Assembly (NCBI GenBank): GCA_050123335.1
Contig: JASFHH010000003.1
Location: 6,615-70,614 of the forward strand
Reading direction: 5' to 3'
DNA from: Gammaproteobacteria bacterium
GTDB lineage: Bacteria > Pseudomonadota > Gammaproteobacteria > UBA12402
DNA: 64,000 bases
Shown: piece by piece, positions 46,884-55,621 of the stretch
Layout: every line of letters begins with the position of its first letter
How positions within the stretch are numbered: position 1 is the stretch's first letter
Made by a program: the position numbers and the translations under genes
Notes under the pieces: model-generated
What the model was told of the DNA's origin: nothing
Databases searched by the model: none
What the model saw: only the letters and a program-made list of their open reading frames with translations

Positions 46884-48182
46884 TTATTTGGTATGTTTCA
46901 ACATCAATAATCCACTTAAGCCAAAAGCAATAGCAGCAACAATAAGTGGTAACATAACGCTAAAATGAGTTAACCAAGCAAGTAACATGCTAGCTGCAAA
47001 AAATGAAACGCTGGTAACAGCACCAATGCCGCCCATTACTTTGCCTTGTTCATCTATTGTAACAGCATTTGAACACATCGCAAGCAAACTACTAAAACAT
47101 AAAATCTGTAATACTGCAAAAACAAATACCGCAATCCACATTTCCTTCAAGCTAGGATGAATATCGCTGATTATTAAAAGCACTGCTATTATAATAGCAC
47201 AATATATAAAAATATTTTTAAGTGATGTTTTTTGTAAGATGAGTGGTTGTACAAAAAGAATTGCAAAAATACTACCTATGCCAAGTACACAGAAGAATAT
47301 ACCTGCAAATTGAATGCTAAAGTGAAATATTTGAGTTAATATTAATGGCATAGCAGTAAGGTAAAACCCCCATCCCAAATTCAATAAAAAGAAAGCTATT
47401 CCCAAAAGAATTACTCTTTTATCAGTAAAAATGAACAAGAAGGCAGAAAATATTTTAGACAAGCTAATATGTGTTTTTTTCTTGGTTTTATAAGTTTCTC
47501 TAAATAGAATCATAATTAAGATAGCGTTTAAAATTGCAAAAGTAGCCGCGATCCAAAAAGGAGTTACTATAGAAAACCAAGAAATTATTCGGCTACTTGT
47601 GGTAAAGCTAGCAATAGCAGGCCCTATTATCATTCCAATTGCTGCTGCTACTGAAATCCAGCCCATATTGCGCATTTTTAATTCTTTAGGGCTAATATCT
47701 GCTGTTGCAGCTTGAGCAATATCATAATTGCCACCAAAAAACCCCGAAAATAATCTAGTCACAAAAAATAATATTGCAGAATGTAGATAAATTGCTATCG
47801 CATAAAAAGAATAGCCTATTCCTGTAACAATAAGACAAACAATTAACAAGTTTTTACGACCAAATTTATCCGACAATTGACCAAGATATGGAGTACCAAA
47901 AAATGTTCCAACTGGCCAAAGAGCTAAGGCTATCCCATAGAATACATATCGCATTTTAAGGCTCAGATGAGTGCCAACCAATATCGCTTTTCCAGATACA
48001 AAAAGTGCAGGCAATATTGGGAACACCAAACTGAAACCCATAATATCAATTACGATTGTTAACATTAACGTCATGAGCAAATATGTGGAAGATTTTTTGG
48101 TGTTTGTTTTTAGATTCGCCATGTAATTTGAAACCTGATTTTCAATAGTCTTTAATTTAATTAAAAATCTTAACAACAGCAA
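46884..48182 (-). CDS. MFS transporter (drug:H+ antiporter-like)
   Basis: Motif A GQLSDKFGRK and 12 predicted TM segments. The real start is probably the internal MANLKT at about 48122. Confidence 0.75.
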   Translation of the reverse strand: MLLLRFLIKLKTIENQVSNYMANLKTNTKKSSTYLLMTLMLTIVIDIMGFSLVFPILPALFVSGKAILVGTHLSLKMRYVFYGIALALWPVGTFFGTPYLGQLSDKFGRKNLLIVCLIVTGIGYSFYAIAIYLHSAILFFVTRLFSGFFGGNYDIAQAATADISPKELKMRNMGWISVAAAIGMIIGPAIASFTTSSRIISWFSIVTPFWIAATFAILNAILIMILFRETYKTKKKTHISLSKIFSAFLFIFTDKRVILLGIAFFLLNLGWGFYLTAMPLILTQIFHFSIQFAGIFFCVLGIGSIFAILFVQPLILQKTSLKNIFIYCAIIIAVLLIISDIHPSLKEMWIAVFVFAVLQILCFSSLLAMCSNAVTIDEQGKVMGGIGAVTSVSFFAASMLLAWLTHFSVMLPLIVAAIAFGLSGLLMLKHTK

Positions 48183-48501
48183 TTTTAATGTGTCTAATTA
48201 TGAGCTAAATATTATCATGTTCAATGGGATATTAAAATAAATTTTAGATGTTTCAGTTTGTTTTTGACGGAACGGCTTGAGGTAATGGGTATATAATTTA
48301 AACAGGCTCTTTTTGCTGATTGATAAGAAAAAGCAATCTTGGTTTAGTGTCAAAATAAATCATTTATCAATAGGTTATCATTTCACTTTTTTAGAATATG
48401 CTGATGACTAGAGATATATGGTCTTAAATGCTTCTTTTTGGTGTATGGTGTATTCAAGGAATGTCTTTAATTATTTGGTAGTTAGTTGTAGAATTTAAAG
48501 A

Positions 48502-49728
48502 ATGAAAGCTAGCAAAGGATTAATCGTATTTTCATGGTCGATGTATGATTTCGCAAATACTATATTTGCGATGAATGTCATTACTCTTTATTTCGCATTA
48601 TGGGTAACGATCGATATGCGGGGTGAGGATCTTTTGTATGGTTCTTTTCTTTCATTTTCAATGTTACTATCTGCAGTTACAGCACCAATTTTAGGTGCAG
48701 TATCTGATCGTGTTGGTAAACGCATGCCATTTTTAATTTTCTTTACTGTGCTATGTTGTATTTTTACTGCTTTGATTGGTTTAATTAATCAGTTGTTTGT
48801 TGGTTTGATGTTATTTGCTTTAGCGAATTATTGTTTTCAAACAGCTGATATTTTTTATAATTCGTTATTACCGCAAGTTAGTAGCGCAGATAAGGTTGGT
48901 CGAGTATCTGGTTATGGAACTGGATTGGGTTATTTTGGTACCATAGCTGGATTGCTTTTGGTTAGTCCTTTTGTGATAAAATTTGGCAGACAGGCTGCAT
49001 TTGTTCCTACAGGAGTATTATTTTTTGTTTTTGCTTTGCCATGTTTTCTTTTTGTTAAAGATAATTTTATCTCACAAAAAGCACCGTTTACTGATGGTTG
49101 GTGGGTGATCGTTTTAAAATCTTTTGGCAAAATAAAAAATACCATCGTTAATTTTAAAAAATATCCAGGGTTATTGAATTTTTTAATTGCGATATTTATT
49201 TCATTTAATGCAATTAATACCACGTTTGTATTTATGTCTATTTATACTAAGAAAGTTATGGGTTTTGGTGATGTTGAAATAATTTCTTTTTACGTTATTT
49301 CAAGTGTATTTGCTATTTTTGGTGCATTTGCTGCCGGGTTTATTACTGATCGATTAGGGGCAAAACGTACCTTGGTAGGTGTTTTAATGTTGTGGTGTAT
49401 TGCGCTTTTTATTGGAGCTATTGCATTTAATAAAATGGTTTTTTGGATTATTGGTCCGGTAGTAGGAATAAACTTAGGTTCTACCTGGACTAGTGCGCGT
49501 GCGTTAGCAGTAAAATTAGCGCCAAAAGAAATGGTAGGAGAAGTGTTTGGATTTTATGGTTTAATGGGAAAAACAGCATCAATTCTTGGGCCACTGGTTT
49601 GGGGTTTTTCAGTATATTTATTCGGATTTTTAGGTGTAATTAAATATCGTATAGCGGTATTAATTTTATTAGGTTTTTTATTATTGGGTTTAGTGGTTTT
49701 ATGGAAAGGAGTTAAATGTCAACGTTAA
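48502..49728 (+). CDS. MFS transporter, possible lysophospholipid transporter (LplT-like by context)
   Basis: 12 TM segments with MFS topology, directly upstream of and overlapping the aas-like gene, as in lplT-aas. Confidence 0.55.
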   Translation: MKASKGLIVFSWSMYDFANTIFAMNVITLYFALWVTIDMRGEDLLYGSFLSFSMLLSAVTAPILGAVSDRVGKRMPFLIFFTVLCCIFTALIGLINQLFVGLMLFALANYCFQTADIFYNSLLPQVSSADKVGRVSGYGTGLGYFGTIAGLLLVSPFVIKFGRQAAFVPTGVLFFVFALPCFLFVKDNFISQKAPFTDGWWVIVLKSFGKIKNTIVNFKKYPGLLNFLIAIFISFNAINTTFVFMSIYTKKVMGFGDVEIISFYVISSVFAIFGAFAAGFITDRLGAKRTLVGVLMLWCIALFIGAIAFNKMVFWIIGPVVGINLGSTWTSARALAVKLAPKEMVGEVFGFYGLMGKTASILGPLVWGFSVYLFGFLGVIKYRIAVLILLGFLLLGLVVLWKGVKCQR

Positions 49729-52454
49729 CTGAAAAATTAGCTCAAGTTGTAAGCGAGGCGCCTAACAAGATCGCTATGCAGATTAAAAAAAATAATAAGT
49801 ACGTTCAATATACTTATAAAGAACTTTATGATCATGTACGTTCTATTGCTTATTCATTGATGCAGTTAAAGGTGCAGCCGGGAGACAAAATTGCTCTGAT
49901 TTTAGAAAATAGACCGGAGTGGAGTTTTATTTATTTTGGGATTTTGCTTGCGGGTGCGATTGCAATTCCAATTGATCCGCAATCTGATCAGCAAGATTTA
50001 ACTTATTTTTTAGCTGATTCGGAAGCCAAAATAGTATTTACTTCCAGCCAATTATTATCTTCAATAGCCAAAGCAAATATGGCTTTAGTTGAAAAAATAA
50101 TTGTATTGGACGAAGATTCACAAAACATTGATGCTTTGATAGAAACAAAAGTTTTGTCTTTCACAAAATTTTTTGCTTGCCCGCAAGCAGATACGATATG
50201 GCCTAAGATTTTACCCGAAAATTTAGCATCAATATTATATACTTCTGGTACTACAGGCAAGCCTAAAGGGGTGCAATTAACTCATGCGAATTTTTATGCT
50301 AATTTTTCTAGTATCGAAAAATTAAAATTTTTGTCAAGCGGCCATAATATTTTATCCATTTTACCTTTACATCATTCTTTTCCTTTTATGGTAAGTTTGA
50401 TTTTGCCATTATTTTCCAAAAATAAAATCACTTATTTATCAAGTCTTAAGCGTGAAGAAATTTTGCATTGTATACAAGAAACTGATGTAACGGCGTTGAT
50501 TGGAGTGCCGCAATTTTTTGTTTTATTAGCTAAGGCGATAAAACAAGCGATAAAAGATATTCCTTTTTTCTTGAGTTGGCCGCTTTATGGCTTAATAAAT
50601 ATAGGTTGGTTAATACGTAAAACAACTAAAATCAACTTAAATAAATATTTATTATATAAAATTCATAAGCTTTTTGGTAAAAAATTTAAGTTTTTAGTTT
50701 GCGGCGGTGCAAAGCTTAATTTAGATGTAGAGTATTTTTTTGATAAGTTAGGATTTACTTTGCTTCAGGGTTATGGTTTAACTGAAACTGCTCCAGTAGT
50801 TACTTTTAATCCGGGATTGTTAAGTAAAATCGGTTCGGTAGGTAAGGCTATTCCAGATGTCGCAATTAAAATCATTGATCCTGGTCAACATGGGATTGGG
50901 GAAATAGCGATTAAAGGCCTAAATGTTATGCAAGGCTATTATAAAAATGCAGTTGCAACATCTGCAGTGTTAAAAGATAAATGGTTTTATTCGGGTGATT
51001 TAGGTTATCTGGATCAAGATGGTTATTTGTTTATTACTGGCAGAAAAAAAGAATTAATTGTATTGAGTTCGGGCAAAAATATTACACCAGAGCTCGTAGA
51101 AGATTATTATAGTCAAAGCCGTTTTATTAAAGAATTATGTGTCATGTTAATTGCAACGCAAGATGGTGCGGTGGAGCAATTAAAAGCAGTAATTGTTCCT
51201 GATTTTGGTAATTTGCGCAAATTTGGTGTGATTGACGTAGAAGCGGCGATTAAAGTGGAGTTAGAAATTTTATCTAAAGACTATCCTGAATATAAACATA
51301 TTATGGGATTTATTATTGCTAAGCAGGATTTGCCGCGTACTCGACTTGGAAAATTAAAACGTCATTTAATTCGAGCTAAATATCAAGACGAATTAAGTGG
51401 TGCTGAACCGGCAACATATCAAGAGCCAGAAATTAGCGCAGAAGATTTGCAGCTAGTTGTTACTCCTACGTTTAAAAAAATTGCTGAAATAATTCAGCAG
51501 GAAAAACAAATTAGTCGTCCAATTGTTTTAGCTGATCATTTAGGTATTGATTTAGGATTTGATTCGTTAAGTCGTGTCGAATTAATTGCAGTTTTGGAGA
51601 AAAATTTTAATTTGCACATTGCTGAGCAGGATATGGCAAATATTTTTACGGTTAAAGAACTAGTGTTAATGATTAACAAGTTGCTTGGTCAACAAAAACC
51701 GGAAGCTACAGTGGCGCTTGAGCTCAAATCAAAAGAAGTTTTGTGGAAAGATTTATTGAATGCTGAGCCAGATAAAAGTATCACCGATAAAATTGATTTA
51801 GCTCCTAACCAACTAATAAAGTTTGCAACATTCTTATTTTGTGGTGGATTATATGCAATTGCTAAATTAGCTTGGCGTATAGAAGTTGTTGGCGTAGAAA
51901 ATTTACCTAAAGATACCGCATTTGTGTTATGTCCAAATCATGCTGCTTATTTGGATGCGTTTTTAGTTGCTGCTGCTATGCCAAATTGGTTAGCAATACG
52001 TAACTTTTTTCTTGGGTATAATGTCTTTTTTGATGTACCAGTCATTCGTGATTTAATTAAAATTGGCAGGATTATTCCATTAGATCCTGGCGCAAGATTA
52101 GTAGATGCTCTGCAGGCTTGTGGTTATGTTTTGCGGCATGGTAAAGTTATTTGCATTTTTCCTGAAGGAGGTAGGTCGGTTGATGGTTCAGTAAAACCTT
52201 TTAAAAAAGGTATCGGAATTTTGGCTAAAGAACTTAATGTTCCGTTGGTTCCGGTTTATATTGACGGATCATTTCAGGCTTTACCGCGTGGGAGAGTTTT
52301 TCCTCGTTTTAATAAAATTAAAATAGAATTTGGTAAACCATGTTTGCCTGATGAATTGCAGCAACAAGGTTTTGCTTTGGGTGAAACTGATAATTATGCA
52401 GCAATTGCGCGTGGGATTGAGCAGCAGGTAAAAATTTTAGGTTCCCTTAAGTAA
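49716..52454 (+). CDS. fused acyl-AMP ligase - acyl-carrier domain - lysophospholipid acyltransferase (Aas-like)
   Basis: AMP-binding LYTSGTTGKPKGV; phosphopantetheine-attachment-like LGIDLGFDSLSRVELIAVL; PlsC-type acyltransferase motifs CPNHAAYLDAF (H-x4-D) and FPEGGRS. Confidence 0.8.
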   Translation: MSTLTEKLAQVVSEAPNKIAMQIKKNNKYVQYTYKELYDHVRSIAYSLMQLKVQPGDKIALILENRPEWSFIYFGILLAGAIAIPIDPQSDQQDLTYFLADSEAKIVFTSSQLLSSIAKANMALVEKIIVLDEDSQNIDALIETKVLSFTKFFACPQADTIWPKILPENLASILYTSGTTGKPKGVQLTHANFYANFSSIEKLKFLSSGHNILSILPLHHSFPFMVSLILPLFSKNKITYLSSLKREEILHCIQETDVTALIGVPQFFVLLAKAIKQAIKDIPFFLSWPLYGLINIGWLIRKTTKINLNKYLLYKIHKLFGKKFKFLVCGGAKLNLDVEYFFDKLGFTLLQGYGLTETAPVVTFNPGLLSKIGSVGKAIPDVAIKIIDPGQHGIGEIAIKGLNVMQGYYKNAVATSAVLKDKWFYSGDLGYLDQDGYLFITGRKKELIVLSSGKNITPELVEDYYSQSRFIKELCVMLIATQDGAVEQLKAVIVPDFGNLRKFGVIDVEAAIKVELEILSKDYPEYKHIMGFIIAKQDLPRTRLGKLKRHLIRAKYQDELSGAEPATYQEPEISAEDLQLVVTPTFKKIAEIIQQEKQISRPIVLADHLGIDLGFDSLSRVELIAVLEKNFNLHIAEQDMANIFTVKELVLMINKLLGQQKPEATVALELKSKEVLWKDLLNAEPDKSITDKIDLAPNQLIKFATFLFCGGLYAIAKLAWRIEVVGVENLPKDTAFVLCPNHAAYLDAFLVAAAMPNWLAIRNFFLGYNVFFDVPVIRDLIKIGRIIPLDPGARLVDALQACGYVLRHGKVICIFPEGGRSVDGSVKPFKKGIGILAKELNVPLVPVYIDGSFQALPRGRVFPRFNKIKIEFGKPCLPDELQQQGFALGETDNYAAIARGIEQQVKILGSLK

Positions 52455-52805
52455 AGCTTAATTCATCCTCAGTCGTTTGCATAGTTGTTTGAATCTGTTC
52501 CAGTTGTTTTAATATATTTGAAGTGTTTGTTGGTGACGTTTTTTCTGTAATATTTGGTTTTTTATCAGAAGTAGGTTGATTGTTTGTGTCGGTTTTGGGC
52601 AGGTACGATGTTGATTTAATTTTGGTATAAATTTTTTTAATTAGGTTGTTTATTTTTTTTGAACTCATTTTTTTTAGTGTGCCCCTTGCACTTTATTAAA
52701 GTGTTGATTATATAAGCTTATTTGTTTTAGTCAATAATTTGGTGTTGATAGGGTGTAATTCAACATGGTTGGTATATTGTAATTTTGATACAAATTATAA
52801 CATCA

Positions 52806-52995
52806 TTGTCATCCCGCGACCCAGTTTGTTGATCGCGGGATCTAGGCTGTTTGGTAGTTTTCCTGGATACCGCGGGTGAGCCGGTGTTAGTTTAGGCAAA
52901 GCATGCTTTGCCCCGGCGAACGCGAGACATGGATGTCGAGCTGGCAAAATTACCATGGATGGTTGCTTGGAACAATCTAAGCCGCGGTATGACAA
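52806..52995. repeat. family-C palindromic element plus an adjoining composite palindromic region
   Basis: GTCATCCCGCGACCCAGTTTGTTGATCGCGGGATC, then TACCGCGGG...GCAAAGCATGCTTTGC...CCGCGGTA with CATGGATG motifs. The two small ORFs listed here translate repeat DNA. Confidence 0.55.
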
Positions 52996-53108
52996 AGTGA
53001 AATTTACCGACCATGTTGAATTGCATCCGTTCTGATATGTGTTGAAAATTAGTTTGCATAAGAGTTTTAAGATGCATTACAATTCACGATATTTTTGGGA
53101 GAGAAATC

Positions 53109-53453
53109 ATGTGTGGTTTATTTAAGGTTATTTTTCATGTTCTTGTGTGTTTTGGTGTTAGTATCATAGGAGTTGCATGGGCTAATCCAGATCTATGTTT
53201 GGTGGCGCAAAAATTCAGCGGTTCTCATAAGGCCTTGCATTTAACTACAGTTGGATGTGAAGAGGGGTATATCAAATATAATAGTTTTGTGAGACGCAAC
53301 CGTGGTCGAGGAATGAATACCATGTGGGTTAGATGTAATCATGATAATTGTATTATTGCTAAGAGGATGATTGTAAAGTATGTGGGAGTTAAAGGTAGAC
53401 TTCCGTTGAAATGGCACAAAATGACTTTGCCGCAGCATCTTTATAAAAAATAA
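53109..53453 (+). CDS. small secreted Cys-containing hypothetical protein
   Basis: Signal-peptide-like MCGLFKVIFHVLVCFGVSIIGVAWA; 114 aa. Confidence 0.3.
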   Translation: MCGLFKVIFHVLVCFGVSIIGVAWANPDLCLVAQKFSGSHKALHLTTVGCEEGYIKYNSFVRRNRGRGMNTMWVRCNHDNCIIAKRMIVKYVGVKGRLPLKWHKMTLPQHLYKK

Positions 53454-54173
53454 AGAATTTACTTGACAAGAAAATTGAAAAATATGGATTTTATAAAGTT
53501 GTACACAGGATCAAATATATTGTTTAATACTTTATCATTTAATTTATTATTCAAATGTTAAAATAAGCTAATAAACTATAACTCCTTGAAAAATAAACAC
53601 AAACCATCAATGCAGAAAAAGTAGACAATTTGACTTCAAGTACGTATTGATGCTGTCTCAGATGAAATTTCCAAGAGTTTTTCACATAGTTATCCACAGA
53701 AAATGTGGATAATTTTATTGTTTTAGGGAAAAACAACAAGTTACGTGAAAAAGGTATTGTAATTTCTTAACTGATAATATCTATGGTGTGCAAATTATAA
53801 CATCAGTTATAAATTTACTTCCTGTTTTTGAAGTTAAAACAAATTAATGTAGCAACTAAGGTCTTGACACAAAGGTAATACAAGCATACTTTAAGTATAC
53901 AAATCTTAACAATACGGTAATTTATACTAGTTTATCGGCGGATAGATTTAAGTGCTTTTAGGATGATAATTGAGCAATTTTTTTAGTTACTTAAGTTTTT
54001 CTTAAGAATAGAGTGGTATGATCTAAAGTTAAGACATTAATCATTTTTACTCAATTAGCAATATTTCTATTAAATAAGAAATATTGCATTTAATAAAAAT
54101 TAATAAAATGTGCATCTTGAATGCATGATGAATTATGTAACATCATAGTAATATTTTGTAGGGAGGATTTATA

Positions 54174-55553
54174 ATGTCTAAAACTCTTTATAACGCTTAT
54201 AGCAAAGATATCCCTGAGAAAGATAGGCAATGTATAAAACAACTGTCTAAACAATGGGGAAAACCTAAGCCTTTTTGTGGTAAAAAGGTTCTATTAAATT
54301 GTCACATTACTCTTTCCACTTTAATAATAATTGACACATTGATTCGTGGGGGCGCCAAAGTAGAGGTCACGGCGACCGATGATTTGGTTGTACACAAAAA
54401 CGTATTGGAAATAATGGAAGAAGCTAAAATAAAATTCTATCCTAAGGGGCGTATACCCAAAGATAAAATAGATGGATTTTATTATATGGCATTTGATTGC
54501 GGAGCTGGGTTGTTAGGCAAAGTAACTACAAAAAAAGGAATGGTGGAATTAACACAAACTGACCCAAATTTATACAAAAACATCAAGTTCCCAGTTATTA
54601 CAGTTGATAATTCTAAAACTAAAAAATTAGAAACATCCCTTGGAACTGGAGATGGTGCAATTAGAGCGCTTATATTTCATTCCTATAATACACTGCAAAA
54701 ATGGATAAATTTTGTAGAATTTGCAAGAAAAACTTCTCGGCTGAACCAAGGATTTGTGGATGTTTTTAACGTTGCCATGCTAATGCATAGCAATTTGTTT
54801 TTCAATAGAAAATACATGTTGTTTGGTTTTGGTAAAGTTGGCTCAGGGATAGCAGCAGCATTAGTTAGCGCAGGTGTCAAAGAAAGTGATATTTATGTAA
54901 TTGATATTAATGAAAAAGCTCGTCAACATGCAAAAAATAAAAAGCATACAGTTTTTGATTTAAATGAGAAAACACTACCTAAGTTAAAAAAAATTTTAAA
55001 AAATGATATTCATTGCGTGTTAACTGCTACAGGGGTGGAAGGGGTTATTTCTAAGTACTTTAAGTTGAAAGATTTTTCAAGCAAGTGCATATTAGCAAAT
55101 ATGGGAACGCCTGATGAATTTGGCAAAAATTTTAAAAAAGAGGACGTTTTAAATAACAAAAAAATATTAAATTTCATGTTGCCATTCCCCACAGAAGTTG
55201 TATTTTTAGAAGCAATTTTTACAATTTTTCTTAAGGCAGGTGTGCAATTATTAACAGATAAAAATTTGAAGAATGGATTACAAAATGTAGATAATGAGAT
55301 AGATAATGAAGTGCTGTTTTTATGGAAGAAATATAATGATGAAGCAAAATGGCCGCACAAAGAATTCATGAAGCATTATAATGAAAAATTACGGAAAAAG
55401 TATATAGCACTTAAACAAACGCTCAAATTGCCTCATACTAAAAAATTTAAATTTTTTAGCTTACATGAACACAATAAGTTGAGTAAAATTCAAAATTTGA
55501 ATGTTTACAAACAAATAAAATCTGGTTCTATAGGTGAACTCAAAATATTTTAA
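54174..55553 (+). CDS. divergent S-adenosyl-L-homocysteine hydrolase (AHCY)-like protein
   Basis: [30 protein letters not shown] aligns with AHCY [52 protein letters not shown] aligns with [23 protein letters not shown]. Rossmann motif [9 protein letters not shown]. GGAGG ribosome-binding site. Lies in a very AT-rich islet. Confidence 0.6.
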   Translation: [459 protein letters not shown]

Positions 55554-55621
55554 TGTTATGTTTTGTAACTTTTTATAACAATTTTTGGTGATCATTTCTA
55601 ACAATATTTTATGGTATAGTA

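Noticed and set aside
52447-52668. 73-aa minus-strand ORF (Thr/Asn/Lys-rich) overlapping the aas-like stop
   Set aside because: It has low complexity, lacks a ribosome-binding site, and overlaps the end of a supported gene. Not excluded as a small protein, but unsupported.
52795-53077. ORFs 52795..52995 and 52892..53077
   Set aside because: They are translated repeat DNA (family C plus composite palindromes) with no ribosome-binding site and low-complexity products.
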